This document shows positions 19,402 through 28,478 of a DNA stretch of 64,000 bases, piece by piece. Location: the NCBI GenBank assembly GCA_965207735.1, contig OZ242296.1:160001-224000 (forward strand). Direction: 5' to 3'. This DNA comes from Candidatus Versatilivorator sp. (GTDB lineage Bacteria; Acidobacteriota; Terriglobia; Versatilivoradales; Versatilivoraceae). Position 1 is the stretch's first letter. Each line of letters starts with the position of its first letter. Under the pieces are notes generated by a model, which saw nothing but the letters and a program-made list of their open reading frames with translations, was not told the origin of the DNA and ran no database searches. Made by a program: the position numbers and the translations under genes.

Positions 19402-19408
19402 TCAGAAT

Positions 19409-19687
19409 ATGCTCAGGACGTTACGGCACCGAGGCCTGAAGCGGCTCTTCGAGCGTGGCGACAAGAGCAAGCTGCGCGGTGATCAAGTTGAGCGGATCGA
19501 GGAAATCCTATCCCGGCTCGATGCTGCTAGCGGCGCAAGGGATCTGAACACTCCAGGTTACCGCCTTCATCCGCTCAAGGGTGACATGCAAGGCTTCTGG
19601 AGTATTCGGGTTACCGTCAACTGGCGCATCGTCTTCCGCTTCGAGGAGGGCGACGCCTGCGATGTGGACCTGACCGACTACCACTAG
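19409..19687 (+). CDS. higB: HigB toxin (RelE/ParE superfamily, plasmid maintenance killer type)
   Basis: RHRGLKRLFE, PGYRLHPLKG, WSIRVTVNWRIVFRF and terminal DYH. Confidence 0.92.
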   Translation: MLRTLRHRGLKRLFERGDKSKLRGDQVERIEEILSRLDAASGARDLNTPGYRLHPLKGDMQGFWSIRVTVNWRIVFRFEEGDACDVDLTDYH

Positions 19688-19700
19688 GAGGATGTGTGAA

Positions 19701-19967
19701 ATGCCGATGAAGAACCCACCCCACCCTGGACGTGGACTCAGGCGAGACTGTGCGGAAGCAGGACTCAGCGTCACAGCGGCGGCGAGGAAGCTGGGCGTGG
19801 CCCGTATCACCCTATCCCGCGTGCTGAATGGGCAGGCGGGCATTTCGCCCAAGATGGCCTTGAAGCTCGAAGCGGTGGGTTGGTCGAACGCCGATTTCTG
19901 GATGCGTCTCCAAGCGGCCTACGACTTGGCGCAAGCTCGGCTACGCCAGGAAAAACCAGCCGCCTGA
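19701..19967 (+). CDS. higA: HigA antitoxin (XRE HTH)
   Basis: MKNPPHPG, HTH AARKLGVARITLSRVLNG, ISPKMALKL, FWMRLQAAYDL. GGAGG at 19687-19691. Confidence 0.92.
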   Translation: MPMKNPPHPGRGLRRDCAEAGLSVTAAARKLGVARITLSRVLNGQAGISPKMALKLEAVGWSNADFWMRLQAAYDLAQARLRQEKPAA

Positions 19968-20250
19968 GCCGCAACGATGCCGGCGCCCGTCAGGAGGCGA
20001 TCATAGCCCAGCAAGCCCCGGGAAATCCCCTCCGGAAGTAGGTGGCCAGTCAGAGCCGTTCTCCTTCCCGAATCGACAGAGGAGGGCGCAAGGAGGCCGA
20101 TCTCCTTGTGGGACCGGCGGCTGCGCTGGCGACCTGCCTGACCCCCAAGTTGGCGCACTTCGCATGGGGGCCATTGACTCGCTACAGGCTACTAGGCAGC
20201 GGGGTCCTTGGGCAATCGCTGGGGACGTTGTTGAATTAGGGGCAATCGCT

Positions 20251-20455
20251 GGGGACGTTGTTGAATTAGTGGAGTTACCTGTCAACGCATCCTGCAACAA
20301 CGTCTCGATAATGGGAAAGCTCAAACCGCTGCAGCATGATGGGTGTAGCCTCCAGAGGCCGGTAGAGGGATTTGGCGGGGCACAGAATGTCGGCGCCTTG
20401 TCAGGCAAGGCTCAGAAGTTGGGCGAAGTTATTCCAGTAATTCAACAACGTCCCC
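20251..20455. mobile_element. 205-bp MITE, copy 1
   Basis: Perfect 17-bp terminal inverted repeats GGGGACGTTGTTGAATT / AATTCAACAACGTCCCC and no transposase. Preceded by a 30-bp tandem duplicate of its left end (20210-20239). Confidence 0.85.
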
Positions 20456-21000
20456 AACTTTCGCCCGGTCACTAGAACGATGGAAGCCGTTGGGACGGAG
20501 TTCAAGGACTTGGAGGAGCCGGAAATCACGCGGAGAGAAGTGCGGTATGTTCATGGAGACACGCCATGAAGATCGGCATCCTCAACCTCTGCAACCGCCT
20601 GTGATCCAGCCTTCAGATCCAGGCATTTCCGTTTAATAGGGTTTTGGCTGTCAGGTAGTCACGAGCAGAGCATCACGTTTGCCAGCAAAAAACTACCCTG
20701 CTGCGAATTTTACAAAAGGCTCTGGCCGAAAAAGTGGTTTGTCATCTTCCACTGGTCGAACGTCCCGACCCGTTCCGACTTCCGATAACGTCTCATTATG
20801 TAAACTTTCCGGAAAGACGTAACTCCCACCTTTTCCACCACTTCATGAAAATAGAGGCCTGAGCCGGGCCGACCAGGGGAGGCCGACCACAAGATGTTGT
20901 GGTTGGGAGCTCCTGTCCGGGAGGCGTTGTGCCGTTGTGAGGGAGCAGTTTGTGATTCAGGTATAATTTCGCCCAACAGAGTTAAAAACTTACAGCGTCA

Positions 21001-21258
21001 ATGCCGGGGCTGCCCAAGCTACCGTCCATAGGTTCGATGCCACATTATTGGTTTTTCATGGGAACTGGGATACTCATAGGCACCATGTTCGGGGCACGGA
21101 TGCGAAACAGCAGCATGACGAGAGGGCAGTTTCTGCGCTTGGTGCTCCGCAGTGCCACTATTATTTATCCGATCTTATATGTGTGGGACGCGTGCTTGAC
21201 GGCGTATTACAAGAGTGAGGGATGGGTTGCCGTCTTGTTTCCCTACCTTTTTTGCTGA
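21001..21258 (+). CDS. Small hypothetical membrane protein (low GC)
   Basis: 85 aa with 2-3 hydrophobic segments. TATAAT at 20962-20967 upstream. Start may be the second ATG (MPHYW). Confidence 0.45.
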   Translation: MPGLPKLPSIGSMPHYWFFMGTGILIGTMFGARMRNSSMTRGQFLRLVLRSATIIYPILYVWDACLTAYYKSEGWVAVLFPYLFC

Positions 21259-21494
21259 TGAATAGCTCCCTAAGTTCACAAACTCTGAAAACAGTTCAAG
21301 CCAACGCTCATTGACCGAGTCTTCGGGTGCAAACCAGGATACGGTCGGGGGACCGCTCGACGACCTCGGTAACGGTCGCGTCCCAGGATTTACCGCTTCT
21401 GGCCCGGACAGTGATGGTGAGGCCGACGAGGTCTGGGGCCAGGGGCGGCGATCGAGGCGAAGTTCCAGATGGGAGAGAGGGAGGTCCGATCCTC

Positions 21495-21805
21495 AGCCGT
21501 AGCGGAGGCCAGGGAGATCGAGGAGCGCAACGACCGATGGGCGAGTGGATGGGAGTCGGTGAACCAGGAATTGAGCCGGTGCAGGAGGAACTCGGCCTGC
21601 TGCTGGAGGAACTGCGGGGGGTGGAGCGGGCCATCCGGGAGATGGCCAAAAAGGTCGCAGATCGGGCGCGGCAGGTGTTCGATCGCCAGCCGGCTGGCGA
21701 GCTGGTCCGGGAGCCTTCCGGCCAAGCCAAGAGCCGCAGCCGGAGCGAGGTGGAGGCGGGAGGGATTTGCCCGAGAAGTCACGGGACCGGGACCTGTGCC
21801 GGTGA
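21495..21805 (+). pseudogene. Frameshifted remnant resembling the C-terminal coiled-coil tail of a MobA/MobL-type relaxase
   Basis: Three frames join into EAREIEERNDRW..VNQELSR / VQEELGLLLEELRGVERAIREMAKKVADRARQVFDRQ / PSQEPQPERGGGGRDLPEKSRDRDLCR*. No catalytic domain present. Confidence 0.35.
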
Positions 21806-21820
21806 GGTGGGGCAATCGCT

Positions 21821-22025
21821 GGGGACGTTGTTGAATTAGTGGAATTGCCTGTCAACGCATCCTGCAATAATGTCTCGATATTGGGAAAGCTCAAACCGCT
21901 GCAGCATGATGGGTGTAGCGTCCAGGAGCCGGTAGAGGGATTTGGCGGGGCATGGAGTGTCGGCGCCTTGTCAGGCAAGGCTCAGAAGTTGGGCAAAGTT
22001 ATTCCAGAAACTCAACAACGTCCCC
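21821..22025. mobile_element. 205-bp MITE, copy 2
   Basis: Same left TIR, one substitution within the right TIR (AACTCAACAACGTCCCC). About 14 differences from copy 1 by eye. Confidence 0.85.
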
Positions 22026-22128
22026 AACTTTCACTTGGAGGTGTGGGTCCGGGGCCGTTGCTAAGTCCTCTAGAATGAGTGGCGGCGACTTCCCCCAATA
22101 GGTCAAGTAGATAAAACTCAGGGTGCCC

Positions 22129-22851
22129 ATGAAGACAAACACAAGTTTATGGAAGTTTTTCAGACAGAGCACGGCTACGGGACTTGCGCTTCTCCTGACT
22201 GTGATTGGATTTGCGCCTGTGGCAGAAGCCGGAACGTGGATCAGGCGGGACTGGTCCAAGGTGCAGAGAATTGCATCCGGAGCCCGCACCAGGGTACGGC
22301 TCTACAAGGACCGGGCTCCTGGAGGCATTCAGAGGGTTGAAGGACAATTCCAGTCGGCCTCGGCCGAGGCCATCATGCTCCTGTCGCCGACCGGGCAATC
22401 GCTCACTCTCCGGAAGCAAGCCGTTGAAAAGGTTCTCATATATCGCCCTCTTTCAAAACGGTACCCTGGCTGGATCACTGCTGGGGCCTCCACGGGGATT
22501 TTTCTCGGGTTGGCACCCGGGTGGGATCTGAATGGCCGAGGATGGGCACTGTTTAGTGGTTTGTTCGTGGGAGTGCCCACAGGAATTGCTTTCCTGGTTT
22601 CCCCGAGATGGGGCGGTGTCTACAACGTGCCACGCAAGCTCCGAGATGATCCTACGCCGGAGACCCGGCCAACAGCGACCAAGCAAAGCTCAACCCCGAC
22701 GGCTTCGGGAGAAGCGTTGGCCGCCTCACTCATTGAGGAATCAAGTGAGGAACGGCTTCGCCGGCAATCCCGGCGAGTTGTGATGCGGCACGATCTCCCG
22801 CTTGATTTGTCAAACCTGCCCGTGCATGTGCACAGATCAGGTATTGACTGA
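22129..22851 (+). CDS. Hypothetical exported/membrane protein
   Basis: Signal-like N-terminus, small beta domain (DWSKVQRI..RVRL..GQFQSA), Gly-rich TM hairpin and low-complexity tail. Confidence 0.65.
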   Translation: MKTNTSLWKFFRQSTATGLALLLTVIGFAPVAEAGTWIRRDWSKVQRIASGARTRVRLYKDRAPGGIQRVEGQFQSASAEAIMLLSPTGQSLTLRKQAVEKVLIYRPLSKRYPGWITAGASTGIFLGLAPGWDLNGRGWALFSGLFVGVPTGIAFLVSPRWGGVYNVPRKLRDDPTPETRPTATKQSSTPTASGEALAASLIEESSEERLRRQSRRVVMRHDLPLDLSNLPVHVHRSGID

Positions 22852-22935
22852 TCTCCTCTGCTGGGCCTTCTAACGTCCGATAATCCCACTATGTCAACTT
22901 TTCAACGGGACGTATAGGTGTGTCTGATGGGAATC

Positions 22936-23062
22936 ATGAATGACCAAACCGCCCGATTTGAAAACCAAGACATCGAGCAACTGCGGAAGGCCGCCATGCA
23001 CGGAGATGCCGAGGCGCAACTCAAGCTTGGGGTTCATGTACTCCGAAGGCGAGGGAGTACTG
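22936..23062 (+). pseudogene. Sel1-like repeat protein fragment with frameshift
   Basis: MNDQTARFENQDIEQLRKAAMHGDAEAQLKLG, then an extra G in GGGG (23029-23032), then FMYSEGEGV. Together this is one canonical Sel1 repeat. Confidence 0.65.
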
Positions 23063-23095
23063 ACGGGCGAGAAAGTGCAGCCTGACCGGCAAAGC

Positions 23096-23413
23096 TCACG
23101 GATTTTGGGGGAATCTGGAAACCTCTGCAGCGAGATCCGCAAAGAACCAAGCGTTTGCAGCAATGAGGGACATGCTGGTTGTCCTGCCAGGTAAGCCGTC
23201 AAGCCAGCGAATAGCCAGCGCCGCCAGCAGGTAAGAACCAACCGGAAACAATCCCCAAACCTCGAATCTCGGCGTTGCCGCAAGGTAGGCCGACGCCGGT
23301 AGGACAAGGCCAGCCGCTACGAGTAACGGGATGGTCTTTCGCAGGATTACTCCCGCAATGGCAACTACAACACTAAGCGCCACGGCCGGCCAGAAGAACA
23401 GGGTGACTATCAT
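23096..23413 (-). CDS. Small hypothetical membrane protein
   Basis: 105 aa with 3-4 hydrophobic helices (FFWPAVALSVV..., YLAATPRF). Confidence 0.55.
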   Translation of the reverse strand: MIVTLFFWPAVALSVVVAIAGVILRKTIPLLVAAGLVLPASAYLAATPRFEVWGLFPVGSYLLAALAIRWLDGLPGRTTSMSLIAANAWFFADLAAEVSRFPQNP

Positions 23414-23649
23414 GATTCCGATCCGAGCCGTAGATCAGCCAAGTGAACTCTCCCCTCTGCGCTGATACATGGATTGTATTTCTAGGGACCAGTGGGCAGA
23501 TCCTACTACTCTGGTGTGTGAGAAGCTAACTAATTGCCTCATTCTTAGAAAACCAACCATATTGCGAGCTTCCAGCTAAAGTGGAACCCTACGAGTGTGC
23601 TCCCGTCAACGACAAGGCACGCGCACGTGCTTGTCCAATCTTGTGCCCT

Positions 23650-23760
23650 TGGTGTTCCTTCGCTTCCTTGGTGGATGACCCACGTAATTGGTTTCTGGCC
23701 AGACCGGTTCCTGCTGCAATTGGCGGACCATGCGAGAGTGAAGCAACAGGCCCCTTGGCC
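23650..23760 (-). repeat. Degenerate family A repeat
   Basis: Minus strand reads TTGCTTCACTCTCGCATGGTCCGC...GGTCTGGCCAGAAAC...ATCCACCAAGGAAGCGAAGGAACACCAAGGGCAC, colinear with the family A linker and CACGAAGG tract. Confidence 0.5.
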
Positions 23761-23957
23761 CTTCGGGAGCCTGGCGAGCGTCCGGTGGAAATTGGGGGTC
23801 CAGGTCGACACTGCTTCACTGCGAAGCAGCCCATTTTCTTTGGGCTGTTCTTGGTTTTACATCGTGGTTCTTCTTGGATGATTCTTTCGTCTACTACGTC
23901 CGAGACTGTTTCCCTCCCGGTAAGTGGGAAAAGCTGGACTTTGCGGATGGGTTCTAC

Positions 23958-23966
23958 TGTTAGAAT
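23958..23966 (+). promoter_or_regulatory. Extended -10 promoter candidate for gap
   Basis: TGT-TAGAAT about 60 nt upstream of the gap ATG. AAGGAG SD at 24011-24016. Confidence 0.4.
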
Positions 23967-24025
23967 GGTGAGGCTCTCGCGAACCTCTTGGAATACGTGG
24001 AATACTTATTAAGGAGACTGCAAAT

Positions 24026-25036
24026 ATGGCAACAAAGATCGGCATTAACGGATTTGGAAGGATTGGACGGCAGGTTCTTCGAGCGATATTGGAGCGACAT
24101 CCGGATACCATCGAGGTGGCGGCCGTCAACGATCTGTTTCCCGCCGAGACCAATGCTCATCTGCTGAAGTACGACTCGACCTACGGGCCTTTTCAGGGTG
24201 CGGTGGCGGCCGACGACGGGTCGCTGGTGGTGGACGGCCGCAGGATCAGGATCCTGGCCGAGAGGGATCCGGCAGCTATCAGCTGGGCCGATCTGGGGGT
24301 GGAGGTGGTGATCGAGTCCACCGGGGTCTTCACCGACGCCAACAAGGCCAAGGCCCACATCGAATCGGGCGGCGCCAGGAAGGTGATCATCTCCGCGCCG
24401 GCCAAGAACGAGGACCTCACCATCGTGCTCGGAGTCAACGGGGACCGGTACGACCCCGAGAAACATCGAGTGGTCTCCAACGCTTCCTGCACCACCAACG
24501 GGCTGGCTCCGGTAGCCAAGGTCCTCTTTGACCGCTTCGGCATCCAGAAGGGGCTCCTGACCACCGTGCACGCCTACACCAACAGTCAACGGCTGCAGGA
24601 TCTGGCGGCCAAGGATATGAGGGATGCCCGCTCGGCGGGTCAGAACATCGTGCCGGCGGCCACCGGCGCCGCCAAGGCGGTGGGGCTGGTCATCCCCGAG
24701 CTTCAGGGAAAGTTCGGGGGCATGGCCTTCCGGGTGCCGACGCCCACAGTTTCGGTCATCGACTTTACTGCCGTGCTGGAGCAGGCGGCCACCCGGGACC
24801 AACTGCGCCAGGCCATGCTCGACTACGCCCGGGGCTCCATGAAGGGCATCCTGGAGGTGACCGACGAGCCCCTGGTCTCGACCGACTTGAAGGGCAGCAC
24901 CTTCTCTTCCATCTTCAGCGCGGTGGATACCATTGTCGTCGACAACCTGGTCAAGGTGGTCGCCTGGTACGACAACGAGTGGGGCTATGCCTGTCGAACC
25001 GCCGACCTTGCCGCCATCATTGCCGGCAAGCTGTGA
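24026..25036 (+). CDS. gap: Type I glyceraldehyde-3-phosphate dehydrogenase
   Basis: [38 protein letters not shown] and WYDNEWGY. Confidence 0.98.
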   Translation: MATKIGINGFGRIGRQVLRAILERHPDTIEVAAVNDLFPAETNAHLLKYDSTYGPFQGAVAADDGSLVVDGRRIRILAERDPAAISWADLGVEVVIESTGVFTDANKAKAHIESGGARKVIISAPAKNEDLTIVLGVNGDRYDPEKHRVVSNASCTTNGLAPVAKVLFDRFGIQKGLLTTVHAYTNSQRLQDLAAKDMRDARSAGQNIVPAATGAAKAVGLVIPELQGKFGGMAFRVPTPTVSVIDFTAVLEQAATRDQLRQAMLDYARGSMKGILEVTDEPLVSTDLKGSTFSSIFSAVDTIVVDNLVKVVAWYDNEWGYACRTADLAAIIAGKL

Positions 25037-25039
25037 CCG

Positions 25040-25519
25040 GTGGACCGATCCGTACCAGGCCGACCCATTCGCAAGAAGTCCCTGTCCGAGCTGGACCTGT
25101 CGACTCTCACCCACTTTGTCCTGACGGCTCGGGACCGGACCGACTTCCACAGGGGAGTGCGGCTGTTCAACCAGGCCAGGTTCTGGGAAGCCCATGAAGC
25201 CTGGGAGGCGGTGTGGCTGCGCCATCCCGAAGACGGGCGCTTCTTCATTCAGGGGCTCATTCAGCTGGCGGCCGCCTACCACCAGTTGCGGCGCAGGATC
25301 TATCGGGGCTTCCTGATCCACCTTGGCCGGGCCCAGGAACGCCTGGTGCTGTTTCCGGATCTTTTTCTGGGCATCGACGTGGCCGGTCTTCGCAAGGAGA
25401 TTCGCCGGGCGCTTCCACCGGGAGACTCGAAGGAATCTGAGGATAGCGCCGATTATTCCCGGATCGTTCCCCCGCGGATCCGGGTGGTGGACCCGTCAAC
25501 TCCCCGGGGACGTTGTTGA
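25040..25519 (+). CDS. DUF309 family protein
   Basis: GVRLFN..FWEAHEAWEAVW...QGLIQLAAAYHQ. The stop codon lies within MITE copy 3. Confidence 0.85.
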   Translation: MDRSVPGRPIRKKSLSELDLSTLTHFVLTARDRTDFHRGVRLFNQARFWEAHEAWEAVWLRHPEDGRFFIQGLIQLAAAYHQLRRRIYRGFLIHLGRAQERLVLFPDLFLGIDVAGLRKEIRRALPPGDSKESEDSADYSRIVPPRIRVVDPSTPRGRC

Positions 25520-25710
25520 ATTGGTGGAATTAACTGTCCCCGCGTCCCGCAAAAACGTGTCGATATTGGGATGGCTCAAACCCCCGCAGCATGATGCGTG
25601 CAGCGGCCTGGAGCCTGCAGAAGGATCTGGCGGGGCATAGCGTGTCCACGTCTTGTCGGGCAAAACTCAGAAGTTGAGCAAAGTTATTCCAGTAATTCAA
25701 CAACGTCCCC
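25506..25710. mobile_element. 205-bp MITE, copy 3 (more diverged interior)
   Basis: Perfect 17-bp TIRs, same length as copies 1 and 2, different flanks. Confidence 0.85.
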
Positions 25711-25783
25711 TGCATTCTTTGCATATAATTCCCACGAGGTGTTCCCAATATCCTTACGCTACCGAAGCTTCGGAGAATTGACC

Positions 25784-26746
25784 ATGATTCGATCGTTTTG
25801 TCTTTCCATTTTGATTTCGTTGGCCACCATCCTCGTCCCGCCAGCCCTGCTCTCGGCGGATACTTGTGCGGAGCGCTTCGTTGTGGCCAGCGCCGTGCGC
25901 ACCCAGGGTGATGTCCAGGCTTTTGTCCAATGCGCCTACGAGTACGTCCAGGAAATGGGCATCGAGGAGGCCCGGCGGGCCTTCAACGAGGACGAGCAAT
26001 GGAAGAGCGGCTCCACCTATATCTTCGTCGACGAAGTGACTCCCATGACCGACATGGCTCGAGCGTTCGTCTTCCCACCCGACCCCTCCAGGGAAGGGGA
26101 GCCCTGGGGGCTGCTGATCGACGCGTTCGGCAACGACTACTACAAGGAGCTGACTCGTGTCATGGGCCACTCCGACGAGGGTTGGATCTACTACTCCTTC
26201 ACCAATCCGGCCACCGGCAGAGATGAGCCGAAGGCTTCTTATGTCAAGGCACTCGACTGGGGCGGAACCCCGGGGGCGATCGGCGCAGGAGTTTATCGCC
26301 GTGACATTCCGGGCACCTGCTGGAGCGAAGAAGTCCACGCCACGGGGCTGGAGGAGGATCCTTCCCCCGAAAGGCTGCAGGAGTTTGTCCGCTGCGCCGC
26401 CATGGAGTTGGATTCGGGGGGGTATTTCGCCTCGGTCAGCCTGGCCAACGATCCCCGTTGGCGAAGCGGCTCCATCTACCTGTTCGGGCTGGACATGTAC
26501 GGCTACACCCTCTTTACCGGCTCCCCGGCAAATCCCTTGATCGGCTCCGAGTTGTCCTCCAATTTCATCGGCAGTTTCGGGGGACGGAACGTTTTGGGTG
26601 TTGCCAATGCTTTTGGTGAAACCTTCCTCTACTACTCGAACCGGAATCCGGGCACCAACCAGTGGCGGCGCAAGGTGACCTTCGTCCAGCGGGTCACGTC
26701 TTTTGGAGTTCCGGTGCTGATCGGCGCCGGCTATTACCTGGATTGA
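25784..26746 (+). CDS. Secreted protein with two tandem Cache-like domains
   Basis: Signal peptide. Two repeats of FVxCA..., WxSGSxYxF, D/N-x-FG, YYS-x-xNPxT...K.SY/TFV and IGAGxY. GGAG SD before ATG 25784. Confidence 0.75.
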   Translation: MIRSFCLSILISLATILVPPALLSADTCAERFVVASAVRTQGDVQAFVQCAYEYVQEMGIEEARRAFNEDEQWKSGSTYIFVDEVTPMTDMARAFVFPPDPSREGEPWGLLIDAFGNDYYKELTRVMGHSDEGWIYYSFTNPATGRDEPKASYVKALDWGGTPGAIGAGVYRRDIPGTCWSEEVHATGLEEDPSPERLQEFVRCAAMELDSGGYFASVSLANDPRWRSGSIYLFGLDMYGYTLFTGSPANPLIGSELSSNFIGSFGGRNVLGVANAFGETFLYYSNRNPGTNQWRRKVTFVQRVTSFGVPVLIGAGYYLD

Positions 26747-26758
26747 GGCGATGTACCT

Positions 26759-27559
26759 TCAGGGGCCGATCAACTGCAGCCAGTCTACGAAAATGAACTC
26801 CATGCGGCCGACCAGCAGGGCAATTCGGCCCATCACGGTATAGCCGAAGGCTGCCCCGAAGGTGATCATGAGGATCCAGATCCCACCGCGGGACACCTGG
26901 CCCAGGAAGCCCTTGTGCTCCACGGAGAAGAAGAAGTAGATCAGGGCCGCCAGCAACCCGAACACGGTCACCAGGGCTGTCAGGGTCCCGATCCAATCGA
27001 TTCCCAAAAAGGCCGTCTGGCTGGGTTCCACCAGGGGAATCAGGGCGGGTGAGACCTGCTTGGTGAAATCGCTGACCAGATATCTGGTCAGGTTGGTGCC
27101 GGCGGCCCAACCCACAATGACCGCCAGCGGCCAACGGGCGATCCAGGTTCCCTTGGGCGCCAGCCGCCACAACAGCAGGCAACCGAGAACCAGTTGCACC
27201 AGGGCCATGCTCCGGTCGACAGGATCCACTTCCAACGGGACCTGGGCCATGTGCTCGTTCACAAAATGGGGAGCCAGCCTCCCCAGCATGTTGGGAATGA
27301 GCTGTTGCCAGATGCCCTGGACCATCCAGTAAGCCGCCGAGACCCCGATAAAGAGTGATTCCGCGAAGCGATAGAAGGGGTTGTCGTCGTATAGAAAGCT
27401 GAGGATGGAGAGGGTCAGAAAGGCTGCGAACCAGGTGCCCAGGCCGGCCCCGCTGACCCAGAATCCTTCCATCTGCCCCAGAGCGCTCCAGACCAGGGCG
27501 AACACCACCATAAGCCCTACCGCACCCACCACCAAGAAACGCCTGGTCTGCTCGTTCAT
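26759..27559 (-). CDS. Polytopic membrane protein of the GlmL-like module
   Basis: About 7-8 TM helices. Motifs SFLYDDNPFYRFAESLFIGVSAAY, YFFFS and MITFGAAFGYTVMGR. Confidence 0.85.
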   Translation of the reverse strand: MNEQTRRFLVVGAVGLMVVFALVWSALGQMEGFWVSGAGLGTWFAAFLTLSILSFLYDDNPFYRFAESLFIGVSAAYWMVQGIWQQLIPNMLGRLAPHFVNEHMAQVPLEVDPVDRSMALVQLVLGCLLLWRLAPKGTWIARWPLAVIVGWAAGTNLTRYLVSDFTKQVSPALIPLVEPSQTAFLGIDWIGTLTALVTVFGLLAALIYFFFSVEHKGFLGQVSRGGIWILMITFGAAFGYTVMGRIALLVGRMEFIFVDWLQLIGP

Positions 27560-27563
27560 TGAC

Positions 27564-28466
27564 TTACTTTTCCAGAGACTTCAGCCGTTCACCCGACGAT
27601 CCGCGTGAGGCAAAGTAGGCGATGTTCCCGACCACCAGGAACAGGATGATCACCAGGTGGGCCAGGGTTTGGGGACCCATGCGTCGAATGGCGGCAAACC
27701 TCTCCGTATCCGCCCCGTAGGCTTCCGAGTACCCCTTGATCAGGAGGGACTCGTACTCGGCGGCCGCTTTCAGGCCGCCCATGATCCCGCTGAGCTGCCT
27801 CGGATAGTAGGGGTAGAGCAACGGCGCCATGACCGCGGTAACCCCTCCGGCGACCGGTACGCCGGTGCGATCGCCCCCGAACTGGATCCACTCCTTGAGT
27901 CCGGGATACCCCCCGCTGACGTTGAGGATGAGATCCATGTCCTTGAGCCCCTTGACGTTCTGCATTATGGGGATCTTGTCGATGGGCGTACCTTCGACAT
28001 CCGACTGATAGAGAGTGCGAAAGTCCGCCACCACCACCTGGATGACCCCTTGTCCGCCCGGCCTGAAGCCCAGCATGACATAATCCCGGCCATACCTGTA
28101 GTCGGAGAACTCCTGCTCCAGCACCTGATCGACCGTCTTTAGCGTTTGCGCTTGACCGGTAGGCCACAGGCACATGAAGAACAGCTTCTGCTTGCGGCGG
28201 CCGAGGTGGCGGACATAGCTGTCGGCCATGGGCTGGAGCTCGGGCTCGCTTTCGGGGCCGTAATCGAATGGGAGCAGAACATTGGAGCCGGGGGGAAGCG
28301 CCTCGATTCGATCATAGATGGCCTGAACCTCGGGAGTTGCGACTTCGTCGATGGTCAGGTCGAAGGCCAGAGGAATCACGACCGCCAGCATGATGAACAG
28401 GAAGATCCAGCGTCGGTCAATGACCTGCAGGCGTTCAAACATCGAGGGTCTTTCCTTTTGAGCCAT
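27564..28466 (-). CDS. Membrane-anchored alpha/beta protein of the GlmL-like module
   Basis: N-terminal TM (DRRWIFLF), soluble domain (FDYGP..PELQPM, YGRDYVMLGF, PYYP.QLSGIMGGLKAAAEYE) and C-terminal TM (QTLAHL..GNI). Confidence 0.85.
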   Translation of the reverse strand: MAQKERPSMFERLQVIDRRWIFLFIMLAVVIPLAFDLTIDEVATPEVQAIYDRIEALPPGSNVLLPFDYGPESEPELQPMADSYVRHLGRRKQKLFFMCLWPTGQAQTLKTVDQVLEQEFSDYRYGRDYVMLGFRPGGQGVIQVVVADFRTLYQSDVEGTPIDKIPIMQNVKGLKDMDLILNVSGGYPGLKEWIQFGGDRTGVPVAGGVTAVMAPLLYPYYPRQLSGIMGGLKAAAEYESLLIKGYSEAYGADTERFAAIRRMGPQTLAHLVIILFLVVGNIAYFASRGSSGERLKSLEK

Positions 28467-28478
28467 GCGGATTTCGTC

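Noticed and set aside
20690-20745. Possible N-terminal relic of a type III restriction subunit (MTNHFFGQSLL*NS on minus strand)
   Set aside because: The similarity spans about 12 residues and does not continue.
25598-25783. 5' extension of the Cache ORF
   Set aside because: It begins inside MITE copy 3. The SD and signal peptide support ATG 25784.
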